Assembly: GCA_017464345.1 (NCBI GenBank)
Contig: JAFUAH010000004.1
Location: forward strand, 1,269-65,268
Reading direction: 5' to 3'
DNA length: 64,000 nucleotides
Source of the DNA: Bacteroidaceae bacterium
GTDB taxonomy: Bacteria > Bacteroidota > Bacteroidia > Bacteroidales > Bacteroidaceae
Position 1 is the stretch's first letter, and every line of letters starts with the position of its first letter. Below the pieces are notes generated by a model, which saw nothing but the letters and a program-made list of their open reading frames with translations, made no database searches and was not told the origin of the DNA. The position numbers and the translations under genes were made by a program. Of the stretch, positions 54,501 through 62,676 are shown in pieces.

Positions 54501-54646
54501 TCCACCAAGATAGGCTCAATCACCGCATTCATCTGCAAACGGTTATAAGGCTTCAAATCCTCAGCCGACCGTAACGTCCAGCCCATCTTCGACAACCATT
54601 CCGTCACCTTTGCCTCAACAGGTATGTTTTCGTGTAGTGTTGACAT
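51599..54646 (-). CDS. hsdR: Type I restriction enzyme R subunit
   Basis: Features include a nuclease-like N-terminus, helicase motifs HTQGSGKSLT (I), LIDEAHR (DEAH box) and QAVARTNR (VI), and the characteristic length. Confidence 0.9.
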   Translation of the reverse strand: MSTLHENIPVEAKVTEWLSKMGWTLRSAEDLKPYNRLQMNAVIEPILVEKVKAINGVTQSVAKTAVEMLLNNLQNQSPIEGNEKFLNQLVNGVTLTVDREDKTIRFIDFENIWQNSFIVTNQYSVQQIRVDICLLVNGIPLVPIEAKQCARRGTNWLEGVSQFQTYDQRGDKLFMAHLFGVACNGRLCKYGIPGASSSYFNEWKDSTLACEHANPILAPGNDLCTTYRDEEDGAMHFDVEHLPNGKLLEQMKFGIIGLLQPERVLDFLQHFIVFEREDEKIIKKVARYQQLRAANKIVERVAHTDKKQGVIWHTQGSGKSLTMLYTAYKLRREMSLNDPTIYIVVDRKELKDQMGDTFLDCVFPNARQVTSIGDLISIIKNKPAGVFITTIQKFRELGDIKDERDNVIVLIDEAHRTEYGDYQMELRAVLPNAKRFAFTGTPVPKTHREFGIKDSDGKMEFYLDKYSVIDAIEDGATKPIKYTFGPTQWFLDRENLKKGYEEITADLEEDERRQVEQKVQPWKTLMKKPERIAMLAKDIAEDFRERLEPQGYKAQVVAIDKEACVMYYHELLKYFDKSELQIIFSTGQYETSEQYKMFSPFYLDEKERKRLIENFKTRITGEEIAKGNNLKIFIVCNMLLTGFDAPIEQTMYLDSPLRDHNLLQAVARTNRPYDDKVTKLSKEFGRIVDYVGIFQNYKEALNYDPEDIGEFEDVDALLKDFPKVLHTAFKPFENIKLEDTYECQMALIRKLSEIDHGKFENDFHKVVQLWEAISPNPGLRPFRNPYLWLVTIYELYMEEFRRSDFDADFYAAQTQKLLKENATLLDFRGHLPEIAIDADYLTKLQETKLSPSDKAEKIIRDIETMIRTNQNNSAIYIEFQERLDALIRQKNANTIEIEGLLKKLSELYTDVDEAIEIPRRMGFRDKGTFEIYQIIKNEISNFQEQLVRDFADDFTNVIRGHIYIGWQEVPQEYNRLKGELALLAANPKYEAMNLDTDDQTAELIMNSVKTNFSLN
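54571..54646. repeat. hsdR 5' end, copy A of a 76-bp direct repeat
   Basis: 68/76 positions are identical to 55538-55613 by hand alignment. Confidence 0.85.
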
Positions 54647-54647
54647 A

Positions 54648-55514
54648 TCAATTCTCCTCGTAATAATATGAATAATCTATTCCTTTCATAAACATTTCGC
54701 GGTCGTTAATATTGTCGGTGAGGGCATCTGACAGCAACTGCCGTATGGCCGAACTGTCAGCCCCACTTTGTTCCATCGCGCGAAGATAGTCATTTTTATT
54801 AATTTGACTCCAGTCCACACATTTTTGCAGGCGTTTCTTGAAAATCAGGTCAAGCCAGATACGAGTGCTACGGCCATTACCCTCCATGAAAGGATGCGCC
54901 ACATTCATCTCTACATATTTATTTACAATCTCATCGAATGTGTTTTCTGACATTCGATCTATAGTCTGTAGGGCTTGGGGTAAGTACTGGGCAAGACAAA
55001 AAGTAAAACCGCCTTTGGAGATAGTCTTTGTTCGTATCTGTCCTGCAAAGTCGTAGAGTCCGCCAAATAGGAAGGCATGGATTTTCTGCAAGCCTTTGGT
55101 TGTGCCAATTTCATTGTCATCAATCAGATTACTCTCCCAAAACTCGTATGCTTTCTTCTTACTCTTCCCATCTATCGTGTTATCACTATATGTGAACCAA
55201 TCCATGAAATCCGCAGTCTTCTTACTTGGAATGGCTTTTACCAGTTCTACGATGTCATCTTGCAAGAAGCAATCGGTGGCATATTTCTTGCCATCGGCCG
55301 CAGATATTTTCAGTTGACTACAGCGTGTAGTCAACTTGTTGCTGGCTTTTTTGAGACGTGTTTTCAGGACACTCCAATACTTTCTGGGATTGGGACTTTC
55401 GGTAATCGCTCCCACAACATCAACAGCGGTAAACCACCACTTGGCTCTTTCCTCGTCCCAAACAGCACGAACTTCATGGTCGTTATAAAATCGAATAGAT
55501 GTTTTCATTTTCAT
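54648..55514 (-). CDS. Bro-N-like DNA-binding domain fused to Fic (AMPylase-type) domain
   Basis: The N-terminus is IRFYNDHEVRAVWDEERAKWWFTAVDVVGAI. The Fic motif is HPFMEGNGRSTR (HxFx[DE]GNGRxxR). The stop lies 1 nt before the hsdR ATG. Confidence 0.8.
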   Translation of the reverse strand: MKMKTSIRFYNDHEVRAVWDEERAKWWFTAVDVVGAITESPNPRKYWSVLKTRLKKASNKLTTRCSQLKISAADGKKYATDCFLQDDIVELVKAIPSKKTADFMDWFTYSDNTIDGKSKKKAYEFWESNLIDDNEIGTTKGLQKIHAFLFGGLYDFAGQIRTKTISKGGFTFCLAQYLPQALQTIDRMSENTFDEIVNKYVEMNVAHPFMEGNGRSTRIWLDLIFKKRLQKCVDWSQINKNDYLRAMEQSGADSSAIRQLLSDALTDNINDREMFMKGIDYSYYYEEN

Positions 55515-55537
55515 TTACATTAAAAAAACTGTTGTTT

Positions 55538-55613
55538 GTAACATCCAGCCCATCTTGGACAGCCATTCCGTCACCTTTGCCTCAACAGGTATGCTTTCGT
55601 GTAGTTTGCTCAT
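55538..55613. repeat. Copy B of 76-bp repeat: remnant hsdR start overlapping the hsdS stop
   Basis: It encodes MSKLHESIPVEAKVTEWLSKMGW..., versus the hsdR N-terminus MSTLHENIPVEAKVTEWLSKMGW. It overlaps the hsdS stop as ATGA. Confidence 0.85.
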
Positions 55614-56902
55614 GATTCTATTCTTATTTTGCCAGTTAATAGATTTTGCATCAGAGATTTCTTCAAATGTTCTAATACAGCAATTTGTTGCTGCTTAGAC
55701 GAGATGATAGTATTGAATTGACATAAGCACTCTGAAATGGCATTTCTTTCATTTTTGTTTTTGGGATAATACAACCTCAATTTCCTTATTGCCCCTTGGA
55801 ATATGTTCCCTTGTACAGAAGATGCAACAGCCACCTTCATTTGGTTTTGTAAATAATGCGACTGAAACATTAATTCTGCAAATTGAGAATCTATCATATC
55901 CTTTTTCAATTTAACCAAAGCAGCACTTCTAACCATTCCACCAACGAAATCGTCTGGAACTATACAAACATTTCCAATTGTTCCAGAACAAGAAATCAAA
56001 ATATCCCCAGCTTGTGGATTGCATCTTTTCTGGATGCGAATCAATTCCTTTTCTGGGATATAATCAACATCTTCAAGTGACAAATAGCCATTCTTAATAT
56101 TACGAGCTGATAATAAATAAAAGCCATTATCCGTCCTTTCTGGAGTTTGATGCTCACCATCAGTTACAAGAATACTTAAATCTTGTACTTTCTTTACTTC
56201 CCAACCTACTGGTACTTTACCAAACTTTTCATCGACATAGAATTCGTCGGGCTTTCTGAATGTGCCGTCAGGTTTCATCTTACCAGTAAGGAGATTTTGC
56301 ATCAGGCTCTTTTTTAGCCGTTCAGCCATAGTTATGCTATGTTGAACAGACTCTATTGCTTCATCTACTTTAGAAAGGATATTGGCAATAGCGCTCTTCT
56401 CTGCTTTTGACGAAGGGAGAATAATGCGCATATTTCGGATATCACTATCACCAATGGCGGGATAGTTTGTTCCTGCAACATAACTATAGAATTGGCTTCC
56501 ACAAATATCACTTAGCAATTCATAATATGCTATCATACTATCTTCCTTTGCTTTTGCAGTTAATACGAAAAAACCAGTTGAACAAATCCAATTGTTGTTA
56601 TCTGGTTTCTTAAATACAGCAAATGCTTTAAGGTTTGGCCGAACACCAGAAATAAGGATATCTCCCTCTCTCACAATGCGTCGTGCTCTGCCAGGAGATT
56701 CACTGAATATGAAACTGTCACAACCAGCATATTCGATATGATTTGTACTAATCTGCTCAATAGGGATATACTTAAATTGATAATCAGGCGGAGTATTAGA
56801 AGGTAGAGACAACTCATTGATATCGAAAATATCCTTGAGTTTTTTCACTACCCATCCAGAAGGAAGTTCACCGAATCGTTCTTTTATTCTTTCTTCCATC
56901 AC
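55610..56902 (-). CDS. hsdS: Type I restriction enzyme S subunit (two TRDs)
   Basis: The conserved-region helices are duplicated (LKKSLMQNLLTGKM... and LKKSLMQNLLTGKI...), with two variable halves. Confidence 0.9.
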   Translation of the reverse strand: MMEERIKERFGELPSGWVVKKLKDIFDINELSLPSNTPPDYQFKYIPIEQISTNHIEYAGCDSFIFSESPGRARRIVREGDILISGVRPNLKAFAVFKKPDNNNWICSTGFFVLTAKAKEDSMIAYYELLSDICGSQFYSYVAGTNYPAIGDSDIRNMRIILPSSKAEKSAIANILSKVDEAIESVQHSITMAERLKKSLMQNLLTGKMKPDGTFRKPDEFYVDEKFGKVPVGWEVKKVQDLSILVTDGEHQTPERTDNGFYLLSARNIKNGYLSLEDVDYIPEKELIRIQKRCNPQAGDILISCSGTIGNVCIVPDDFVGGMVRSAALVKLKKDMIDSQFAELMFQSHYLQNQMKVAVASSVQGNIFQGAIRKLRLYYPKNKNERNAISECLCQFNTIISSKQQQIAVLEHLKKSLMQNLLTGKIRIES

Positions 56903-58395
56903 TCTCCTCCTTCCTTTTCTTGCTCAATGACTTCCCAATGACCACCCTTGTCGGGACCAACGCGACGGATAAGGCCTTGCTCACGTAATCTATTTAGAAT
57001 CTTCCAAACTCCACTTCTTGATAATCCAGTTACTTCTTGAAAAAGAGGAATAGGTGTATAAGGATTCGTTTTTATTTGTTCCATGATAGCAAGTTCTTTT
57101 TTCATGTTACTTTTCATGTTACTTTTCATGTTACTTTTCATGCTACCATGTTCCTCTTTTCTCCCTGTTTTCAGGCCACTTTTCGGGCCACTATTCAAGT
57201 TCTGCGTACTTTTCAGGCCACTTTCTTCCTTCAAAACCGAAGTTAGTTTCACCTTGACCATAAACTCCACCTGTTTGTACTCTGGGGCAGGATTGCCTGC
57301 CTCGGCCATTTCGCGGAACATACGGTCAACACCTTCGCCGAACTCCTTCACCAGTTTGTACTGCTGCATGAACTGAACAATTTTTGGATTTCGTGAGAAG
57401 TGCATCTGTCGGATGTTGTCAATACGCACCATGCCTGGCAGGATGCCAGGACTCTCCACCACATAGTGATGGTCGAAAATCTTTACTATAATATCAGTAC
57501 CCAAGATGCTGTAGTCGCGATGGGCAACGGCATTCACTATCAACTCCGTCCAACAGAAAGGCGGATATTGGGGAATGGTCACGAAATGGGCATCTTCGCC
57601 TAAGAATGTGTATTCCTTGATTTGCGTATCGACAAAGTCTATCGCTTTCTGGGTCATATCCAAGATGCGACCCTCAAACCAAACGTCCTTAACCACATTC
57701 ATCTCACGACCAAAGCGTTCCTCGTCGCCCAAGTAGCGGACAATACGGATGCGGGCACGCTGGAAAAACTTCTGCGGATCCTTACCAAATAACAAAATGG
57801 CTGCACCCGACACCTTTTCTACACCATTGACAGTTGTAATATAGCCTTTGTTGGTGCGCAGATAGGTGGCAGCATCTTTTGTATAGCCAATCTTACGGCA
57901 ATATTCGGTTACGAAGTCGAGGTCGATGTCATCAATGGTGGCCTTATAGACAGGCTCATCCTCGAAGTACCGCCCACCCTTAGCATAGAACAACTGCATG
58001 CGCATCTCGAAGTTCAGTTTCTTCGACTTGTCACCTACCCGATAGAAGGCATCGTCGGCCTGATTGGCATGAACCTGCATACTGGGCTCTACATGTATTG
58101 CCAACACCCGATTAGGCTGGCCATTCACATCTATGCAATCTATAAAATGAACCTCAACGGGAACAGATGGCACACAAAAGTCGAAGGGAGCACGCAACAG
58201 TTCGTTCAAATGGTCTTCATTACCATTGATTCCTGTGATATGGCCATCGTCTTCGATACCTATCACCACATCGCCACCATCGGCATTGGCAAAAGCGACC
58301 ATAATGACGGCCAGTGCCTTCGAGTCGATGCGAAAACTTTTGCGGTCGAATTGCTGACCCTCTGGCTCTTGCTGTAAATCCTTTATATCAATCAT
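56899..58395 (-). CDS. AlbA_2 (Schlafen-like) / HATPase-like / winged-helix putative regulator embedded in the R-M operon
   Basis: The N-terminus is FDRKS....KALAVIMVAFANADGGDVVIGIEDDG. The C-terminal wHTH is LSRSGVWKILNRLREQGLI. It overlaps hsdM by 8 nt and hsdS by 4 nt. Confidence 0.75.
   Translation of the reverse strand: MIDIKDLQQEPEGQQFDRKSFRIDSKALAVIMVAFANADGGDVVIGIEDDGHITGINGNEDHLNELLRAPFDFCVPSVPVEVHFIDCIDVNGQPNRVLAIHVEPSMQVHANQADDAFYRVGDKSKKLNFEMRMQLFYAKGGRYFEDEPVYKATIDDIDLDFVTEYCRKIGYTKDAATYLRTNKGYITTVNGVEKVSGAAILLFGKDPQKFFQRARIRIVRYLGDEERFGREMNVVKDVWFEGRILDMTQKAIDFVDTQIKEYTFLGEDAHFVTIPQYPPFCWTELIVNAVAHRDYSILGTDIIVKIFDHHYVVESPGILPGMVRIDNIRQMHFSRNPKIVQFMQQYKLVKEFGEGVDRMFREMAEAGNPAPEYKQVEFMVKVKLTSVLKEESGLKSTQNLNSGPKSGLKTGRKEEHGSMKSNMKSNMKSNMKKELAIMEQIKTNPYTPIPLFQEVTGLSRSGVWKILNRLREQGLIRRVGPDKGGHWEVIEQEKEGGE
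57099..57146. repeat. 12-bp tandem repeat x4 (TTTTCATGTTAC) encoding (KSNM)n
   Basis: Read directly; the last unit has one mismatch. Confidence 0.85.
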
Positions 58396-60442
58396 GGTTG
58401 TTTGCTTTTAGTGTATTCAACAAGTCGTTCAGAGACTTCATGGCCTCAGACTCTGTCTGCATGGCTGCCTGAAAATCGCGAATGGCCTCTTGCAGGTCAA
58501 TCTGCTCTTCGGGTTCAAAAGTATCGACATAGCGAGGTATGTTAAGGTTGAACTCGTTTTCCTCTATGTCTGCCATGTCCGCAATGGCAAAATAGCGTTT
58601 GCGCAACTCGGGGTCAGCAAACATTTGCATGAGTTCCGTTTCAACGTCTGTAATGGCCTTTCGCTGTTTTTCGGCTCGTTCTTGGGCAGCCTGAATCTTT
58701 GTTGATAAGGTTGTCTGCAACTTGTCCAATGCTTTTTGACTGATTTCAACTGCTTTTAGTTCACCCTTTGTTGGCTTTTTGTTTTTACCTTCTTTTTCGG
58801 AAATGATGTCTTTTGCCTTATTCAGTTTGACCGTTTGTTTGGCAATGTCGTCGGCAAATTCGTTATTGGCTTCGGAGATTTCAAACTCAAGGTTTATCTG
58901 TATGTCGCTGTATAATTTCAGTTTACGTTGTTTTATCCATGCCTTGGCCTTATCCACATCGCCCCAACTTTCCAGTATGGTGGAGATGCGAAGCACGTCC
59001 TGCGGCTCCAATACACTCATGTTGGCATCTTCCCGGTACCAGCCTTTCTTGGCAGCATATACCATGAGTACCTTGTCCTTACGCTCGGCAGGTTTGTTCT
59101 TGTCGAAAAAGATAATGGCACCAGGAATCGTCGTACCATAAAAAAGGTTACTTGGCAGAACGACAATGGCATCTATGATATTGATATGCATCTTGATATC
59201 TTTGCCTTGCAAGAATCCACGGCGGATGAGGTATTCGACATCGGCTTTACGATTCAGTCCGTCTTCCTCCTCTGTCTTTTCGGGTTGCCCACGGAAGAGT
59301 ACACCTTGCGGACATACCACACCAGCCTTGCCGTTCTCCTCGTCCATAGAGGCTACAATATGTTGCAGGAAGGCAAAGTCGCCGTTGCTGTAGGGCGGTG
59401 TGCCATATATTAGCCGTTTATAGTTATCTGTAAACTCTTTTTTGTATTCCAGTTGTGGAGTACCGTCTTTCTTGTTTATGGCCTTGCCTTTCTTGTCCTT
59501 TTTAGGCTCTCCATTTTGCGCCCAGTTTTCCAGCGAGAAGGGGAAGTTGGCCATGACTTTATTGAAAGTACGTAGTCGCAATTCGTCTTTTTCGTTTTTG
59601 AATTTCGGTTCTCGGATGGTGTCACCCTGTTCAATGCGTGCATCCAGGCCATGAAGAATCATGTTGATATTGCAGATGGCCCAGGTGTTCCAAACCAGTT
59701 CCTGCCCGAAGAGGCGAACGCTCTTTTGTGTGCCATAACTGGATTTTGCATATTTGGCCGCATTCAACAAGAAACCGCCAGAGCCACATGTCGGGTCGTA
59801 GATAGTTTCGCCGCTTTGTGGCTTCAGATAATTGACGATGATATCTACAACCTCCTGTGGAGTATAGAATTGTCCGGCCATGGTGCCGCCTTTGTTTTCA
59901 TCGGCAAACCGCTTAATGAGGTATTCGTAAGCATCACCCAGCACGTCAACCGTCACATTCTTGTTACTGAGATTGACTGCATCCAGATAACTGATAAGGT
60001 TAGAGAGCACCTCGGGGTCGAGTTTCTTTCCGCCAGAGCCGTCGGGAGCAGGCTCGTTCCAGCGTACTGTATTTATGATTCCTTTCAGGATATATTTTCC
60101 GTTGGCATCTTTGTTTGCATCTGCAATATAGTTAACGGCATCGTTAAGTTTTTCATTCTTTTTATCTATTGAGGCGCTACGGACATCTTCCCAGAAACAA
60201 CCTTTAGGGATGACAAAATCGTGCATACGCTTGGTGATAACTTCCAGTTCTCTTTCTGAAGGTTCGCGTAAATTACTTTCCTTAAAATGTTGCTTCCCAT
60301 TGTCAATTTCCCATTGATAGTTATCAGACAGGCGTTTGAAGAAAAGCAAGGAAAGGATATAGGACTTGTAATCCTCCACCTTATCCCGAAGAATATCAGC
60401 CATGCCGAAAAGCAGGCTTCCTAATGCTTGTTTTGTGAGCAT
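58388..60442 (-). CDS. hsdM: Type I restriction enzyme M subunit (N6-adenine methyltransferase)
   Basis: Motifs are the HsdM_N-type LFFKRLSD, GQFYTPQEVV, motif I IYDPTCGSGGFL and motif IV MANFPFS. TATATTTG (60470-60477, minus) supports the ATG at 60442 rather than 60481. Confidence 0.9.
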   Translation of the reverse strand: MLTKQALGSLLFGMADILRDKVEDYKSYILSLLFFKRLSDNYQWEIDNGKQHFKESNLREPSERELEVITKRMHDFVIPKGCFWEDVRSASIDKKNEKLNDAVNYIADANKDANGKYILKGIINTVRWNEPAPDGSGGKKLDPEVLSNLISYLDAVNLSNKNVTVDVLGDAYEYLIKRFADENKGGTMAGQFYTPQEVVDIIVNYLKPQSGETIYDPTCGSGGFLLNAAKYAKSSYGTQKSVRLFGQELVWNTWAICNINMILHGLDARIEQGDTIREPKFKNEKDELRLRTFNKVMANFPFSLENWAQNGEPKKDKKGKAINKKDGTPQLEYKKEFTDNYKRLIYGTPPYSNGDFAFLQHIVASMDEENGKAGVVCPQGVLFRGQPEKTEEEDGLNRKADVEYLIRRGFLQGKDIKMHINIIDAIVVLPSNLFYGTTIPGAIIFFDKNKPAERKDKVLMVYAAKKGWYREDANMSVLEPQDVLRISTILESWGDVDKAKAWIKQRKLKLYSDIQINLEFEISEANNEFADDIAKQTVKLNKAKDIISEKEGKNKKPTKGELKAVEISQKALDKLQTTLSTKIQAAQERAEKQRKAITDVETELMQMFADPELRKRYFAIADMADIEENEFNLNIPRYVDTFEPEEQIDLQEAIRDFQAAMQTESEAMKSLNDLLNTLKANNHD

Positions 60443-60528
60443 ATCATCAAAATATTTGGTTTCTGTCCACAAATATAGCAAAAAGAAATGATAAGGGTTG
60501 TCCTTTAGGACAAAAAAGAGTAAAGGGT

Positions 60529-61230
60529 TTATGATTCTTTCCTGAAGAGAGTATGGAAGTTTTTGTGCATCTGCCGGATGAGGGTTTCGATGTGGATGCC
60601 GAGCTGGTCAGCAACGGTGGCATAGAGGTCGGCAATGGGGTGGAGGACATCGTCGTCGGTCTCGAGAAGGAGGCGATGGAGCGGGCAGGCGATGAGGGCT
60701 TCCCTGTTGTGGCGATAGCCAAAACTGAAGTAGAAAGCATCTCTTCCGGTTTCCCTTGTGGAGGGAAGGGATTGCTCTGATGGTTTAAGGAGTTGCTGGA
60801 TTTGTTCGGCACCGCCACGGTAGCCGTGCCAGATGATGGGTTGGCGGGCGTGCAGTTCGTGACGGATGCGAAGCACGTCGTCGATGGCGCGGACGCAGTG
60901 GAGGAAGAGCGGGAGCTGGAGCTGTTCGCTGAGGGCTACTTCCTCGCGGAAGACCTGGAGCTGCAGGGCGTAGGGGGTGTCGCAGAGGCGGTCGAGACCG
61001 CTTTCGCCAATGGCGAGGAGGGAGGGGGAGTGGCTGCAACAAAACTGCAGCCCACCCGACGTTGTGGATAACGAGGGTGCGGATGACGAGGGTGTGAGGG
61101 ATGGATGGATGGCGGATGTAAGAAGATGCCAGGGATGGCGACCACGGGTGTGGATGCCATCTTGTATGACGCACTCACCCGCCAAACTGGGGTGGTGAGT
61201 GTGAAAGTCTATATATCTTTCATCCTGCAT
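60529..61230 (-). CDS. TatD-family metal-dependent hydrolase
   Basis: Motifs are IDFHTHH, AIGESGLD, LPLFLHC and LLLETDD. Confidence 0.75.
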   Translation of the reverse strand: MQDERYIDFHTHHPSLAGECVIQDGIHTRGRHPWHLLTSAIHPSLTPSSSAPSLSTTSGGLQFCCSHSPSLLAIGESGLDRLCDTPYALQLQVFREEVALSEQLQLPLFLHCVRAIDDVLRIRHELHARQPIIWHGYRGGAEQIQQLLKPSEQSLPSTRETGRDAFYFSFGYRHNREALIACPLHRLLLETDDDVLHPIADLYATVADQLGIHIETLIRQMHKNFHTLFRKES

Positions 61231-61268
61231 TCTTCACCTTTTCACCTTTTCATCTTTTCATCTTTTCA
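61231..61268. repeat. 8-bp tandem repeat (CTTTTCAY, about 4.6 units) between yidD stop and tatD start
   Basis: The minus strand reads GTGAAAAG ATGAAAAG ATGAAAAG GTGAAAAG GTGAAGA ATG. Confidence 0.8.
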
Positions 61269-61490
61269 CGGTACCGGATCATAGCCACTGCCGCCCCAGG
61301 GATGGCAGCGGAGGATGCGACGGATGGCGAGATAGGTGCCATAGAAGGGGCCATGCTTCTGTAGTGCCTCGATGGCATATTGGCTGCATGTAGGCGTGAA
61401 GCGACATGCGGGAGGGGTGAGGGGGGAAATGAAGCGCTGATACATGCGGATGGGGGCAATGAGCAGCGACGAGAGTAGTCTGTTTATCAT
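61266..61490 (-). CDS. yidD: Membrane protein insertion efficiency factor
   Basis: YQRFISP....[17 protein letters not shown]...[12 protein letters not shown] is the canonical YidD sequence. Confidence 0.9.
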   Translation of the reverse strand: MINRLLSSLLIAPIRMYQRFISPLTPPACRFTPTCSQYAIEALQKHGPFYGTYLAIRRILRCHPWGGSGYDPVP

Positions 61491-61924
61491 AGATTTTCGG
61501 CGATTCGCCAGTTCTCGGCAATTCGTTGCAAGAGGTTCTTCATCCGGGTTTCGAGGGTGGCATAGTCGCAGCGTTCGTTTCCAATCCAGATGAATGCTAC
61601 GTGGAGGTGCTTTCCAGCGTTTAGGTGGTCGTAGAGGAGACGTTTGTTCAGCCGGTATGCTTCGCGGATGAGGCGTTTGGTGCGGTTGCGGTCTACGGCA
61701 TGTCTGAAGCGACGTTTGGAGACGGAGACCAGTATTTGCACCTGGGCAGCGTTCTCCTTGAGATTGTCTGCAGGTGCATAAACGGCTCGCAGGGGATAGG
61801 CCGAGAGTGAACGGCTGCCCCCTGCGTGGTCGGTGTCTACGCTGTGCTTTCCGAAGAACAGTGCTTCGATATGTTTTTTGCTACACAGTCGTTCAGCCTT
61901 GGTGAAGGTCTGTGGCTGCGACAT
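61487..61924 (-). CDS. rnpA: Ribonuclease P protein component
   Basis: The basic RNR-like region is [25 protein letters not shown]. It has the conserved position upstream of yidD. Confidence 0.85.
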   Translation of the reverse strand: MSQPQTFTKAERLCSKKHIEALFFGKHSVDTDHAGGSRSLSAYPLRAVYAPADNLKENAAQVQILVSVSKRRFRHAVDRNRTKRLIREAYRLNKRLLYDHLNAGKHLHVAFIWIGNERCDYATLETRMKNLLQRIAENWRIAENL

Positions 61925-62667
61925 TATGCATTGTGTTCTTTGACGTAGTCGGCAAGTGCCATGGTGATGCTGGTGTACTGGGGGGTGGGAGCCTCCAGTT
62001 GTACGGAGAGTCCGGCATCCTTGGCAGCCTTGGCAGTGTGGGCGCCGAAGGTGGCAATGGCAATGTCCCGCTGCTGGAAGTCGGGGAAGTTCTTCAGTAA
62101 AGCTGATATACCACTGGGGCTGAAGAAGATGAGCATATCGTAGTCGAATGGTTCGTCTTTGGCGAAGTCATTGCTGACGGTGCGGTACATGATGCCCTGT
62201 GTGAACTGCAGTTTCTTGCTCTCCAGCAGGTTCTGTATTTCATCGGTGTGCACATCACTCATGGGCACGAAGTACTTTTCGTTCTTATGCTTTATCATGG
62301 TGGGCAGCAAGTCGTTAATTTTGCCGGTGGAACCGAAGAATACCTTGCGCTTGCGATATTGGACATATTTTTGGATGTAGAGTGCCACCGTCTCGGTGAT
62401 GCAGAAGTATTTCATGTCCTCGGGAATGGTGAGTCGCATCTCCTTGCAAAGGCTGAAAAAGTGGTCGATGGCATGACGCGAGGTGAAGACGATGGCAGTG
62501 TGTTCCAGAATATTTATTTTCTGTGCCCTGAATTCGCGAGTGCTGAGGCTCTCCACTTTGATGAAGGGACGAAAGACCATTTCTACGCCATATTTTTTCG
62601 CGATGTCGAAATATGGTGACTTGTCGGAAGAGGGTTTAGGCTGAGAAACCAGTATCTTCTTAATCAT
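61924..62667 (-). CDS. Uroporphyrinogen-III synthase-like protein
   Basis: Bacteroidetes HemD-like pattern (ILVSQPKP......Y.......G.......FI). Confidence 0.65.
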   Translation of the reverse strand: MIKKILVSQPKPSSDKSPYFDIAKKYGVEMVFRPFIKVESLSTREFRAQKINILEHTAIVFTSRHAIDHFFSLCKEMRLTIPEDMKYFCITETVALYIQKYVQYRKRKVFFGSTGKINDLLPTMIKHKNEKYFVPMSDVHTDEIQNLLESKKLQFTQGIMYRTVSNDFAKDEPFDYDMLIFFSPSGISALLKNFPDFQQRDIAIATFGAHTAKAAKDAGLSVQLEAPTPQYTSITMALADYVKEHNA

Positions 62668-62676
62668 AAAAATGTC

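Noticed and set aside
57099-57146. 12-bp repeat as an ON/OFF phase-variation switch of the R-M operon
   Set aside because: The unit length is a multiple of three, so slippage changes linker length but cannot shift the frame.
60529-61230. Low-complexity Ser/Pro/Thr stretch in TatD (…SAIHPSLTPSSSAPSLSTTSGG…) as an inserted domain or frameshift
   Set aside because: All TatD metal-binding blocks flank it in a single frame and in the correct order. This inter-motif segment is variable in the family, so there is no evidence of disruption.
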